The notes: generated from the sequence alone by a model not told the origin. Positions 9,619-19,834 are shown, counted from the stretch's first letter. The stretch: 64,000 nucleotides of DNA from Chitinophagales bacterium (GCA_017303395.1 JAFLBN010000011.1:16249-80248), one strand, 5' to 3'. Made by a program: numbers and translations.

Positions 9619-10008
9619 ATGGCAAAACTTACACAGGAAGAGCTGCTGGCCATCTTCGAAGCGGTAAAAAAAGAGGTGAAGCCTTATGAAAAAGGTACTG
9701 TAAAAGCGCGTATAGATATACAAGGCAAGTACGACCTGTGGAGCGAAAAACCTGTTGAGGCTTTTGGAAGAAAATATCCCGCAATGGCATTTGCATCCGT
9801 AATTTTGCAGAGTGGGTATGTTGGTTTTTACTTCATGCCCGTATATGGTAGTGATAAAGTGAAAGAAACAATACCTCCCGAACTTTTGAAAACGTTGAAA
9901 GGGAAAGCCTGTTTTCACATTAAAACAACTGATAAAGAGTTGATGAAACAAATAAAGCAGGCATTAAAAACAGGCTACGATGCCTACAAAAAACAAGGTT
10001 GGGTATAG
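9619..10008 (+). CDS. hypothetical protein, DUF1801/YdhG-like
   Basis: 129 aa from MAKLTQEEL; an alternative ATG at 9595 is possible. The GKACFHIK pattern resembles DUF1801. This is a weak assignment. Confidence 0.4.
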   Translation: MAKLTQEELLAIFEAVKKEVKPYEKGTVKARIDIQGKYDLWSEKPVEAFGRKYPAMAFASVILQSGYVGFYFMPVYGSDKVKETIPPELLKTLKGKACFHIKTTDKELMKQIKQALKTGYDAYKKQGWV

Positions 10009-10011
10009 GTT

Positions 10012-10986
10012 ATGCAATTAACGCTTGAACTGAACGTACCACCTATACAAAAACCCATCAGGTACACAGATAAGATAATGCTGATAGGCTCTTGCTTTAC
10101 AGAAAACATGAGCGAACGCCTTTTGCAGCATAAGTTTTCGGTGCTCAGTAATCCGCACGGTATATTGTTCAATCCGCTGAGTGTGGCAAATAGTATAGAT
10201 AGCTACATAATAAACAAACAATACACCAAGGGCGAGTTATTTCAGCTGAATGAATTGTGGAACAGTTGGGACCACCATACCCGCTTTTCGCATACGGATG
10301 CTGACAGTGCGCTGGCGCTTATCAATCAATCACAGACAGAGGCTGCCACTTTCATCCGCGAGGCAGACCATATCATTATTACACTTGGTTCGGCTTTTCA
10401 GTATTACCTGAAAGAAAATGATAAAGCTGTAGCCAACAACCACCGTGCACCTGCACAGTGGTTTCATAAAGACTTGCTGGAAATTGATCTGATTGTAGCT
10501 GCCCTCGATTTTTCGCTCGACAGGCTCAGGCAGCTGAACCCGAACATACAAATCATATTTACCATCAGCCCGGTGCGCCATATACGCGATGGCGTAGTAG
10601 ATAACAACCGCAGCAAAGCAAGGCTGATAGAAGCAGTACACGAGCTATGTGGCAGATATAGTCACGCCTATTATTTCCCTGCTTACGAGCTCATAATAGA
10701 TATACTGCGCGACTACCGATACTACGATGTAGATTTTGTACACCCCAATTATCTGGCTACATCTTTTGTATGGGAGCAATTTGTGAATGCCTGTATAGAT
10801 GCCGATACCAAAACGTTGATGAAAGATGTACTGGAAATAAGCACAGCACGTGCCCACCGTACCCGCTTCCCCGATACAGAAGCGCATCGCAAATTCAAGG
10901 CATCTTATGTGCAGAAGATAGAAGAGCTGCAAAAAAAATTCCCCTTCCTGAAGTTGGAAGAGGAACTCGCATATTTTAAAAGCTAA
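10012..10986 (+). CDS. GSCFA domain-containing protein
   Basis: 324 aa. The eponymous motif LIGSCFTENM near the N-terminus, followed by an SGNH-like layout. Confidence 0.8.
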   Translation: MQLTLELNVPPIQKPIRYTDKIMLIGSCFTENMSERLLQHKFSVLSNPHGILFNPLSVANSIDSYIINKQYTKGELFQLNELWNSWDHHTRFSHTDADSALALINQSQTEAATFIREADHIIITLGSAFQYYLKENDKAVANNHRAPAQWFHKDLLEIDLIVAALDFSLDRLRQLNPNIQIIFTISPVRHIRDGVVDNNRSKARLIEAVHELCGRYSHAYYFPAYELIIDILRDYRYYDVDFVHPNYLATSFVWEQFVNACIDADTKTLMKDVLEISTARAHRTRFPDTEAHRKFKASYVQKIEELQKKFPFLKLEEELAYFKS

Positions 10987-10992
10987 GTGTTT

Positions 10993-11409
10993 TTAGTTCT
11001 CCTGCATTTCAAGCACAGGTTTCTTTTCAGCCTGTGTGGCAGTGCTGCCTGCGCCTGTCATTTTGCACTGGCCATTAAAGACGGCGTTAGGTTCTATCTG
11101 CAGACGGGCTGTTTGTATATTACCGTTAATGGTAGATTTTGACTTCAGGCATAGCATATCTTTTGCTGCCACATTGCCATTTACCGTACCAAATACATCT
11201 GCATTGGCAGCATGGAGGTCGCCCTGAACAATACCCGATTCGCCAAGTACTACCCTTGCTTTGCAATACACATGGCCAATGATATTGCCATCTATACGCA
11301 TATCAGATTCAGACTCAATATCTCCGTTTACGGTTGTGCCCTGTGCTATCATGGTTACAGTACCGCCAGGATAGTTGTCTTGTCCGTTAGATTTGTTTTT
11401 TGTAAACAT
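10993..11409 (-). CDS. bactofilin-family polymer-forming cytoskeletal protein
   Basis: 138 aa. Repetitive beta-helix pattern (GTTVNGDIESESDMRIDGNIIGHV...GTVNGNV...INGNIQ) typical of DUF583/bactofilin. Confidence 0.8.
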   Translation of the reverse strand: MFTKNKSNGQDNYPGGTVTMIAQGTTVNGDIESESDMRIDGNIIGHVYCKARVVLGESGIVQGDLHAANADVFGTVNGNVAAKDMLCLKSKSTINGNIQTARLQIEPNAVFNGQCKMTGAGSTATQAEKKPVLEMQEN

Positions 11410-11606
11410 ATTTACGGTTTTTTAATAATGAGTAATGCGGTGGCAAGGTATACAGTAAACAGGTGCAGACAGTGGGCTCTGTCTTAAATTCCTGTTATAA
11501 ATAGCCATAAAATATGGCAGGGACGTAAATATATATAATAATAACCGATTATGCCAAGCCCCATGTGCAAGTATTTACTACCTTTGCACCCTCATTTTTC
11601 CCATTC

Positions 11607-13457
11607 ATGGATCGTAATTCAGTCATTGGTTTCGGCCTGTTAGTTGCCCTGCTTATAGGTTATGTAAGCTACAACAACTACTCCCAAAACCAGTTTTTAG
11701 AGAAGAAAAAGGCGGATTCTATTGCATACGCCAAAGCACACCCGCAGCCTAAAGCAAATATAGACAGCATGATAGCAGCAAACAAAGCTGCCAATGCTGC
11801 TGCTGTATCTGCTGCAGATAGTGCGCTCAACGACTCGCTGCGCAGGGCTATGCCGCCTGCTTACAACGGACAGGCTACTAACATAACGCTCGAAAACAAA
11901 AACATTGCCCTGACACTGAGCACCAAAGGTGCACACCCTACAGGTGCTTTGTTGAAGGCGTTTAAGACACACAAACAAGAGCCGCTCTACTTCTTCAACG
12001 GAGAGAACAACCAGTTGAGCACAGTATTGCCGATAGATGGTGGTAAAACATCTACTGCCGACCTGTACTTTACAGCTACACCGGGCAATGCTGCCAATGG
12101 CGATAAAACAGTTGATTTTGTTGCTGACCTTGGAAATGGCAAAGCTGTACAGATAACCTATACACTGCCTGCAGAAGGCTATATGATGGGTTATAAAATG
12201 ACACTTAAAGGCATGCAGGCTGCATCTGTGCCAATGACATGGCAAACAGCTGCCCTGCATACAGAAAACGACATCACTACAGAGCGTACCAACGCGCAGG
12301 TATATTATCGCTATGCAGATGAAGAGCACGATTATTTCAGCTTCATCAACACAGAAAAAGAAACACTTGAAAAAGCTGTACACTGGGTTGGTTTCCGTTC
12401 TCAGTATTTCAGTACGGCACTTGTAAACGCTACCAAAGACGGTTTCAAAAAAGCTACTGTTGGAGGTAATGCAAAGTTGGAAGACAAGGGTACCGTTGCC
12501 ATCAGCAATAATACACTTGAAGCTGCACTGGGCAGTGACCAGAGCGTAAACCTGCAATGGTACATAGGGCCTAACCAATATAGCATCCTGCGTTCTTACA
12601 AGGTAGAGCTTGAAGATATGGTGCCACTGGGTTATGGTGTAATGTCTTTTGTTAAGTATGTAAACAAATGGCTCATCATCCCGATATTCAATGTACTGAG
12701 CGGCTTTATCAGCAACTATGGTGTTATCATTATCCTGATGACGCTTATTATACGCCTGATACTGTCTTTCTTTACCTACAAGAGCTATCTCTCTGCCGCT
12801 AAAATGCGCGTACTGAAGCCTGAACTGGACGAGCTGCGCGCACAATACGGTGACGACCAGCAGAAGTTTGGTATGGAACAAATGAAGCTATACCGCAGTG
12901 CAGGCGTAAACCCGCTTGGAGGGTGCTTACCTACCTTGTTCCAGTTGCCTATCCTGTTTGCGATGTACTACTTCTTCCCAACATCTATAGAACTGAGGCA
13001 GCAGAAATTCCTGTGGGCAAATGACCTTTCTACCTACGATAGCATCATTAGCTGGACAGGTGACATTCCTGTTATTACTTCAATCTTCGGCAATCACATC
13101 AGTTTGTTCACTATCCTGATGACGGCATCAAGCCTGTTCCTGGCGCTATATAACCGTAACATGACAGTGCAGGACCCCAACAACCCGATGTTGAAGTGGA
13201 TGCCTTACATCTTCCCATTCATGCTGTTTGGTGTGTTTAATAAGATGGCGGCGGCGCTTACATTCTACTATTTTGCTTCAAATATGATAAGCATTGCACA
13301 GCAATTTATTATTCAGAAGTACATCATCAACGAAAAAGCAATCCACGCACAGCTGCAGGAAAATAAAAACAAGCCTGTTGCACAAAGCAAATGGCAGCAA
13401 AGGTTGGAGGAAATGCAAAAGGCACAAATGGCAAAAGCCAAGCAGCCTAAAAAGTAA
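11607..13457 (+). CDS. yidC: membrane protein insertase YidC
   Basis: TM1 at MDRNSVIGFGLLVALLIGY, so the start was moved to 11607. There is a large periplasmic domain, then the conserved C-terminal core (GVIIILMTLIIRL, KMRVLKPELDELR, NPLGGCLPTLFQLPILFAMY). Confidence 0.93.
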   Translation: MDRNSVIGFGLLVALLIGYVSYNNYSQNQFLEKKKADSIAYAKAHPQPKANIDSMIAANKAANAAAVSAADSALNDSLRRAMPPAYNGQATNITLENKNIALTLSTKGAHPTGALLKAFKTHKQEPLYFFNGENNQLSTVLPIDGGKTSTADLYFTATPGNAANGDKTVDFVADLGNGKAVQITYTLPAEGYMMGYKMTLKGMQAASVPMTWQTAALHTENDITTERTNAQVYYRYADEEHDYFSFINTEKETLEKAVHWVGFRSQYFSTALVNATKDGFKKATVGGNAKLEDKGTVAISNNTLEAALGSDQSVNLQWYIGPNQYSILRSYKVELEDMVPLGYGVMSFVKYVNKWLIIPIFNVLSGFISNYGVIIILMTLIIRLILSFFTYKSYLSAAKMRVLKPELDELRAQYGDDQQKFGMEQMKLYRSAGVNPLGGCLPTLFQLPILFAMYYFFPTSIELRQQKFLWANDLSTYDSIISWTGDIPVITSIFGNHISLFTILMTASSLFLALYNRNMTVQDPNNPMLKWMPYIFPFMLFGVFNKMAAALTFYYFASNMISIAQQFIIQKYIINEKAIHAQLQENKNKPVAQSKWQQRLEEMQKAQMAKAKQPKK

Positions 13458-13480
13458 AAAAGCTATCATTTTCAGATAAT

Positions 13481-13516
13481 AAAAAGCCACATCTGTTGTT
13501 AGATGTGGCTTTTTTG
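13481..13516 (+). terminator. intrinsic terminator of yidC
   Basis: AAAAAGCCACATCTGTTGTTAGATGTGGCTTTTTTG: a 9-bp stem plus a T-run. Confidence 0.85.
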
Positions 13517-13685
13517 TATTGATTTGACAGATTTAATACTTAAAAAAATTTAAAATTTTATAACTTGCAGGTCATAGACGGATACTATTGCTATTTGTGT
13601 TCTACAAGTAGTTTTCAATAAAAATGCTTTCGTTTCAATAGGGGTAAATAAGTTTCGTGTGCTATCGCGCAGCGGAACAGAAATG

Positions 13686-13722
13686 AAAAACAAAGCCTTA
13701 CATTCCTGTAAGGCTTCTTTTA
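13686..13722 (-). terminator. intrinsic terminator of ychF
   Basis: The minus strand reads AAAAGAAGCCTTACAGGAATGTAAGGCTTTGTTTTT. Confidence 0.8.
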
Positions 13723-13742
13723 TTTCATTAATATGGGGTTCA

Positions 13743-14840
13743 TTACACATTGAACCTGAAGTGCAGTACATCTCCGTCTTTCACTTCATATTCCTTACCT
13801 TCTATACGCAGCTTACCGTTTTCGCGGCAAGAAGCCTCGCTGCCATATTTTACATAGTCTTCATAAGCAATGGTTTCAGCTTTGATGAAGCCCTTTTCGA
13901 AATCTGTATGGATAACGCTTGCTGCTTGTGGCGCTTTCCAACCACGCTGAATAGTCCACGCACGTACTTCCTGCACACCTGCGGTGAAGTAGGTAATCAG
14001 GTTCAGCAAACCATATGCAGCACGTATCAGGCGGTTAAGACCCGGTTCTTTCAAACCATATTCACCCAGAAACAGTTCTTTATCTTCCGCACTTTCCATT
14101 TCAGATATCTGTGCTTCGATAGAGTTGTTCATTACAATCACCTGCGCACCTTCTTCCGTAGCAGCTTTTATCAGTGCTTCAGAGTATTTGTTGCCTGTGT
14201 GTATAGCAGACTCATCAACGTTTGCCACATACAGTACAGGCTTTTGCGTCAACAGAAACAGGTCTGCAATTGCTTCCAGGTCTTCACCTTCCAGTTTCAG
14301 CCCACGTATGTTTTTACCCTGCATCAGGTGTTGTTGGCACTGTACCAGTACATCAAATACACGTTTTGCCTTAGGGTCGTTCTTAGCTATTTTTTCATAG
14401 CGCTGCATTTTCTTCTCTACGCTGTCCAGGTCTTTCAGTTGCAGCTCTGTATCTATGATTTCCTTATCGCTGATGGGGTTGATATCGCCCTCTTCGCGCA
14501 GGATGTTTTCGTCTTCGAAACAACGGATAACGTGCGCTATCGCATCTACCTCGCGGATGTTGGCAAGGAATTTATTTCCCAAACCTTCGCCCTTGCTGGC
14601 ACCCTTTACAAGGCCTGCAATATCCACAAACTCAATAGTTGTAGGCAGTATGCGCTGTGGCTGCACCAGTTCAGCCAGTTTTGCAAGGCGCTCGTCGGGT
14701 ACATCTACCTGACCCACGTTTGGTTCTATAGTACAGAAACGGTAGTTGGAAGCCTGCGCTTTAGCGCTGTTGCTTACCGCGTTGAATAGTGTTGACTTAC
14801 CTACATTCGGAAGGCCCACGATGCCTACTTGCAATGCCAT
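13743..14840 (-). CDS. ychF: redox-regulated ribosome-binding ATPase YchF
   Basis: 365 aa. P-loop GIVGLPNVGKSTLFNA, a TGS-like C-terminus (GFIKAETI...DGDVLHFRFNV), canonical YchF length. Confidence 0.95.
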   Translation of the reverse strand: MALQVGIVGLPNVGKSTLFNAVSNSAKAQASNYRFCTIEPNVGQVDVPDERLAKLAELVQPQRILPTTIEFVDIAGLVKGASKGEGLGNKFLANIREVDAIAHVIRCFEDENILREEGDINPISDKEIIDTELQLKDLDSVEKKMQRYEKIAKNDPKAKRVFDVLVQCQQHLMQGKNIRGLKLEGEDLEAIADLFLLTQKPVLYVANVDESAIHTGNKYSEALIKAATEEGAQVIVMNNSIEAQISEMESAEDKELFLGEYGLKEPGLNRLIRAAYGLLNLITYFTAGVQEVRAWTIQRGWKAPQAASVIHTDFEKGFIKAETIAYEDYVKYGSEASCRENGKLRIEGKEYEVKDGDVLHFRFNV

Positions 14841-14896
14841 ATCGCTTTAAAAAATTTGCGCAAAGGTACGGCTTTTTAGGCGTTAGGTATTAGTAA

Positions 14897-15637
14897 TTAG
14901 GAATTAGCTTCAATCATTGCTTTTTCCATCAGGTCGTACACCTGCTGTTTCAGGGTGGGCAGGTCTGTCAATGTCATGCCGGCCACAGGTACAGGTGGTA
15001 GATAGATGACTCTGTTGCGCCCCGGGCTCAGCATCCACCAATGGCTATAGTGCCAGCGATTTACTGTATCCGGGAATATCATGGGCAGTACGGGTGTTTG
15101 TGTGTTGATGGCCAGACGGAAGGCACCATCGTAAAACTCCTTCAGTGGTTTGTCAGTTTCGTTAAAAGTACCCTCAGGGAAAATGGCAATATTGCATTCC
15201 CGTTTCAGCATACGCCACATCAGGCGCAGGCTCTTGGCACGGCTATGTGCGCTGCTGCGGTCTACCAATATTGCCAGTTGCTTATACACAAAGCCAAAAA
15301 CGGGTATGGAAGCCATTTCTTTCTTTGCCAGTGTGCGGAAGTATTGCGGCACAGCAGCGTATATCAGTACGGTATCCAGATAAGATATGTGGTTGGCAAC
15401 GTATACAAATCGTGCATTTTTTTCGGGCCTCGGGCCGCTTTTCATCACAGGCATACCCATACAAAACAACCATCCGCGAGACCAGTAGTGTACCACCGTC
15501 CATATAACACGCCTTGCCCAGCCCTTATCTATAGAACCGAATATCAGAAATATGGGAAAAGCCAGCAACAGGCAACACAGAAATGTTGCTATTACATACA
15601 CTACATATATAGGGCGCAGCAGCCTGAGGAGCATCAT
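14897..15637 (-). CDS. plsC: 1-acyl-sn-glycerol-3-phosphate acyltransferase
   Basis: 246 aa. N-terminal TM helix, HX4D motif (ANHISYLD) and the FPEGT block. Confidence 0.85.
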   Translation of the reverse strand: MMLLRLLRPIYVVYVIATFLCCLLLAFPIFLIFGSIDKGWARRVIWTVVHYWSRGWLFCMGMPVMKSGPRPEKNARFVYVANHISYLDTVLIYAAVPQYFRTLAKKEMASIPVFGFVYKQLAILVDRSSAHSRAKSLRLMWRMLKRECNIAIFPEGTFNETDKPLKEFYDGAFRLAINTQTPVLPMIFPDTVNRWHYSHWWMLSPGRNRVIYLPPVPVAGMTLTDLPTLKQQVYDLMEKAMIEANS

Positions 15638-15640
15638 ATA

Positions 15641-16111
15641 TTACATGCCGGGAAACAACGGACGTGCAATAGCAGCACGGAATGGCCAAGGTATAGTAGC
15701 CAGTATAATGATGAATGCTACCAGCGACATCCAGAATACTTTCTTGTATTTAGCACCATCTGCAATATCCTTCTTTACAGATGCATAGCCGATGTGTATC
15801 AGTACTATAGCTATAAGCATACCTGTGATGTGCTCTACAGCCCAGAAGCGGCTGAGGCTGTCTTTCATCACGTTGCCCATACCCTGGTTCTGAATATTCT
15901 TAATACCCCATGCACCGGTGAAGTACAGAAACAGGCCTAAGAGCAATTGGATATCGCAAACTATCATCAGCAACATAGCAGGGCGTTTCTCTGCTTTGGT
16001 AAATGGCTTATTGCCACCCAGTCCGCCCATGGTTTTTACGATTGTCCATATAGCGAAGATGATAACGAACCAACGCAGAAAATTGTGCAGGTGCAGCATG
16101 CCTTGTTGCAT
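15641..16111 (-). CDS. hypothetical integral membrane protein (about 4 TM)
   Basis: 156-aa hydrophobic ORF, tightly packed 3 nt upstream of plsC. No motif recognised. Confidence 0.5.
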   Translation of the reverse strand: MQQGMLHLHNFLRWFVIIFAIWTIVKTMGGLGGNKPFTKAEKRPAMLLMIVCDIQLLLGLFLYFTGAWGIKNIQNQGMGNVMKDSLSRFWAVEHITGMLIAIVLIHIGYASVKKDIADGAKYKKVFWMSLVAFIIILATIPWPFRAAIARPLFPGM

Positions 16112-16210
16112 AATGTATCAGTTTTAGATTGCTTAGATAAAAACACCCATTAGGGGGTTCAGGTTCAAATCTACAACCTCAGGCAATAGCACACAAATAA
16201 AAAGAATTGA

Positions 16211-16756
16211 TTACCACCCCATGCGTACCCTTAACTGGCGCACATGCTCCATATGGTGGCGGCTGTGCCATGCATAGAGGGCTGCCATCTCCCACAGTGG
16301 GTAATTCCTTTTATTATCGGGATGGTAATAGGCGCGCTCCCATTGTTCAGTATTCAGACTGCGCAGCAATGCAGTAATGCGCCTGTGCAGTGCATGCAGC
16401 AGGGTGATGGACACATTTACAGGCACAGCCTCTACATCGTGCAGTAGCGCCCATTTGTTTTCGTCATAGGGCATAATGGTGGGGTTATCCTCCGTCAGTG
16501 CAAACTTCAGGCGGATGTACATATTCATATGGCTGTCTGCTATATGGTGCAATACCTGTTGCACCGTCCACCCGCCTGGGCGGTAGGGTGTTTGCAGGTG
16601 TGCTTCGTCCAGGTTTTCAATACATACATCCAACCAACCCGGCAATGCTTCCAGTATGCTTATCCACTCGTTCAGCTTTTTATCATCGTAGCACTCAGGG
16701 CGTTGGTAGGGTCCTATCGGGTATTTCAGCTGTTCTATATCAATGTTATCGCTCAT
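16211..16756 (-). CDS. DinB/YfiT-family metal-dependent hydrolase (bacillithiol-transferase-like)
   Basis: 181 aa. Conserved His triad context (QVLHHIADSHMN ... WHSRHHMEH) typical of YfiT/DinB_2. Confidence 0.7.
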   Translation of the reverse strand: MSDNIDIEQLKYPIGPYQRPECYDDKKLNEWISILEALPGWLDVCIENLDEAHLQTPYRPGGWTVQQVLHHIADSHMNMYIRLKFALTEDNPTIMPYDENKWALLHDVEAVPVNVSITLLHALHRRITALLRSLNTEQWERAYYHPDNKRNYPLWEMAALYAWHSRHHMEHVRQLRVRMGW

Positions 16757-16818
16757 TGCATATGCATTTGTGCCAAATGTAGTATTAATTCAAAAATGAC
16801 GCAGAATGTTGACTGCCA

Positions 16819-17880
16819 TTGAATGGGTTTATTATTTTAGCACCAAATCCACATGCTGTGCCACACGGACGACTGAGAAAAGAAACCAACTGCCTGAATT
16901 GCGATGCGCAGGTAGATGGTCGCTATTGCAAAAACTGCGGACAGGAAAATCTGGAGCCAAAGCAAACACTTTGGCATTTACTGACGCATTTCTTCAATGA
17001 TGTGACACACTTTGACGGCAAGTTTTTCACCACGCTGAAAAACCTGTTGCTGAAACCCGGCTTCCTGACAGAAGAATATGTAAAAGGTCGCAGGATGAAA
17101 TACCTGGACCCTGTACGTATGTATCTGTTTGTGTCTTTTGCTTTCTTTTTATTATATCTATCTCTCGGGAATGATACAGATAAACACAGATATAGTAATG
17201 ATCCTAAGTTGGTACATGGTATAGACTCGGTGATTGCTGCTGATAGAGGGTCTAAGGATTTTAATATGACAGGTGTGAAAATTAATGGCAATAATGTAAT
17301 GGTATTTAATTTCGGAGATAATTATTCTAACGGACTTCACCATTACGATTCTCTCCAAAAAGCATTACCTGATAGCTTGAAAAGTGATGAAATCAGCAGA
17401 TATATAGAAAAAAGCATAGTAGGTGTAGCAAACACATACTATCAAAATCCATATGATTTTATGGGAAATCTGATGGATAAATTTTATCACTCATTCTCAA
17501 AAGTATTCTTCATATCACTCCCCATATTTTCCCTGATACTTGCATTGTTGTATATCCGAAGAAGAAAAGAATTCTTTTATGTATCACATGCAATATTTAC
17601 ACTGCATTGTTACATAGTCGCTTGGTTCTTTCTCGGAATTACGAGAATAATAAATGTTGTTCTGCCCGATTCTAATACTACAAGCCTTATAATGACATTG
17701 TTACTTTATTTTGGAATATCTGTTTACATATTAGTAGCTATGTTTCGCTTCTACAAGCAAAATGTTGTTAAGACAGGTATCAAATGGTTGATACTTGTTG
17801 CAATAATGTCTGTAGTATTATTACTTATCCTGTTTGGTCTTTTGATCAACTCATTCTTTGCAATGGCAGGTGGCCATTAA
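16819..17880 (+). CDS. DUF3667 domain-containing membrane protein
   Basis: N-terminal zinc ribbon CLNCDAQVDGRYCKNCGQEN, a conserved block FFNDVTHFDGKFFTTLKNLLLKPGFLTEEYVKGRRMKYLDPVRMYLFVSF, and C-terminal TM helices. Confidence 0.7.
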   Translation: MNGFIILAPNPHAVPHGRLRKETNCLNCDAQVDGRYCKNCGQENLEPKQTLWHLLTHFFNDVTHFDGKFFTTLKNLLLKPGFLTEEYVKGRRMKYLDPVRMYLFVSFAFFLLYLSLGNDTDKHRYSNDPKLVHGIDSVIAADRGSKDFNMTGVKINGNNVMVFNFGDNYSNGLHHYDSLQKALPDSLKSDEISRYIEKSIVGVANTYYQNPYDFMGNLMDKFYHSFSKVFFISLPIFSLILALLYIRRRKEFFYVSHAIFTLHCYIVAWFFLGITRIINVVLPDSNTTSLIMTLLLYFGISVYILVAMFRFYKQNVVKTGIKWLILVAIMSVVLLLILFGLLINSFFAMAGGH

Positions 17881-17892
17881 TACAAATCAAGC

Positions 17893-18906
17893 ATGTCTCA
17901 TCAACACGAACGTAAGGAGAAAAAATGTCTGAACTGTGGTGCAGATTTGTACGACCGTTTTTGCCATAAATGCGGACAGGAAAACGTGGAGCCTCGACAG
18001 TCTTTCTGGCAACTGACAGTACATTTTTTTGAAGACCTTACACACTTTGATGGTAAGTTTTTCACCACGGTAAAGTACATGTTTACCAAACCGGGATTTC
18101 TGACGAGTGAATATGTAAACGGCAAGCGTGCAGCCTACGTAAACCCCATCAGAATGTACCTGTTTGTGTCTGCTATGTTCTTTATCATAAGCGGTATGTT
18201 GCCTGACGATTCAGGCACACACGACAGTAAAGATACAGCGCCTAAAACAGATACTACCCAAATTGCCGTTAGAGATACAGTTATTAGTAGTAACGATAGT
18301 CTACTTGTAGATTCCATATACTTTAATGCTGACCGCAATACTATATCAGAAGATAAGCTCTTATTGAATGCGCCGACACTCGCTGCTTACGATTCAATTC
18401 AAAACAGTCTGCCACCAGAGAAAAAAGCAGGTTTTTTCAAAAATTACATTGCGCGTAAGCTGGCTGCCTTCAGAGAAAACTCTCATGACGTAGAACATTT
18501 TCAGGAAAAGGCATGGGATAAGTTTTTACATTCTATACCTGCAATGTTGTTTTTCTCAGTACCGCTCATAGCACTGTTACTACAACTGTTGTATGTTAGG
18601 AGGCGTAAAGAGTATTACTATGTAGGGCATATCATATTCCTTACGCACTACTATTGTTTTGCATTTATTGCTATTATTCTACTCAGGCTTACAGCATTCC
18701 CGGGATACATTAGCACCACAGTTCAAGTATTTATCTTAATTGGCATGATGTTGTATCTCTACAAATCAATGCGAGGATACTACAAACAGAAACGCTTTAA
18801 GACATTTATTAAGTTTCTACTCTTGTTATTCTTTGGCTTTTTTACACTGTTTGCATTAGCTGCTATAGCTATTATAAACTCTGTTTTAAATGTAGCGGCT
18901 CACTAA
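17893..18906 (+). CDS. DUF3667 domain-containing membrane protein (tandem paralog)
   Basis: Same architecture as the upstream gene: CLNCGADLYDRFCHKCGQEN, FFEDLTHFDGKFFTTVKYMFTKPGFLTSEYVNGKRAAYVNPIRMYLFVSA. Confidence 0.7.
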   Translation: MSHQHERKEKKCLNCGADLYDRFCHKCGQENVEPRQSFWQLTVHFFEDLTHFDGKFFTTVKYMFTKPGFLTSEYVNGKRAAYVNPIRMYLFVSAMFFIISGMLPDDSGTHDSKDTAPKTDTTQIAVRDTVISSNDSLLVDSIYFNADRNTISEDKLLLNAPTLAAYDSIQNSLPPEKKAGFFKNYIARKLAAFRENSHDVEHFQEKAWDKFLHSIPAMLFFSVPLIALLLQLLYVRRRKEYYYVGHIIFLTHYYCFAFIAIILLRLTAFPGYISTTVQVFILIGMMLYLYKSMRGYYKQKRFKTFIKFLLLLFFGFFTLFALAAIAIINSVLNVAAH

Positions 18907-19742
18907 AATCCCTTCAGGTAGCGTGGTGCAAAGTGAAATGTGAAACCGAAGGTTGCATATACAGGGAAAGTACCACTCACCGTATTGCTGAGGAATGGTG
19001 TTGATGCGCCAACCTGCAGATTGAACTTCACGTATTTGTAACCTACTTCAAAGTTTACAAATGGTTCCAGCAATCCGAAGTTTTGGTCAAGTACATCTGT
19101 ACGCGTATCGTGGTCGCCTGTTATTACATAGCGAAGCGATGTATCTGCTGCATTGAATGTTGTATACCTGTTGATGGCAAAACGTACACCACCTGTCAGC
19201 GACACATTGTCGTAGTTGAAGCCGATGGCCGGTTGTATAAAATAGCGCTGATAGCGGCTGTTAAAATTGAACTGCGGATAGTCATACCCCTGCCTCTTTA
19301 CCTTGCCCTGTCCGTAGCCACCATATATTTCAAATATGCCGCGTTTGCCCATTGTGTTGTAAAAACCTGCACCTACTTCCCATCGGTTGTCGTTATACAA
19401 TCCGCCCATTATATCTGTATCGTACAGTTCGTAATATGGGTACTGGCTGATAGTACCCAACGGGTCTTCATTGATATACCTGTTTAGTACAGAACGGTAA
19501 GAACCTATTATACCCAAGTGTTTTACAGGAGAAAATGCTACATCTGCAGAGGGGCTCAGGTTGCTGCTGTTTACACCTGGTTTATCTGGCGATGACTGTG
19601 GTTTTACAGCAAAGCTTGCTTTTACTTCTCCTGCTTCTTTAAAGCCGGGGCTATTTACCCTGTCAGGAAAATACATGCGTTGATAACATGATGATAATAG
19701 TAATACACAACTAATTGATAACAGGTAAGCATAGTTTTTCAT
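18903..19742 (-). CDS. hypothetical outer-membrane beta-barrel lipoprotein
   Basis: Lipobox LLLSSC after MKNYAYLLSISCV. I prefer the start at 19742 because the upstream terminator abuts the longer start at 19784. The sequence has alternating beta-strand character and a C-terminal aromatic residue (F). Confidence 0.55.
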   Translation of the reverse strand: MKNYAYLLSISCVLLLSSCYQRMYFPDRVNSPGFKEAGEVKASFAVKPQSSPDKPGVNSSNLSPSADVAFSPVKHLGIIGSYRSVLNRYINEDPLGTISQYPYYELYDTDIMGGLYNDNRWEVGAGFYNTMGKRGIFEIYGGYGQGKVKRQGYDYPQFNFNSRYQRYFIQPAIGFNYDNVSLTGGVRFAINRYTTFNAADTSLRYVITGDHDTRTDVLDQNFGLLEPFVNFEVGYKYVKFNLQVGASTPFLSNTVSGTFPVYATFGFTFHFAPRYLKGF

Positions 19743-19784
19743 AAGCAAAAATGATTGCACACATCTATACAAACCTTGTGCCAT

Positions 19785-19813
19785 AAAAAAAGACCGGCTC
19801 TTATGAGCCGGCC
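19785..19813 (-). terminator. intrinsic terminator of the DUF4394 gene
   Basis: The minus strand reads GGCCGGCTCATAAGAGCCGGTCTTTTTTTATGG. Confidence 0.8.
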
Positions 19814-19834
19814 ACCATTAACCAATACAACCAC

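Noticed and set aside
16153-16178. A tRNA T-arm-like string, GGGGGTTCAGGTTCAAATCTACAACC, in the intergenic region. This could have been a tRNA fragment or an att site.
   Set aside because: No complementary T-stem, acceptor stem or anticodon arm can be drawn around it, and no integrase or island boundary is nearby.
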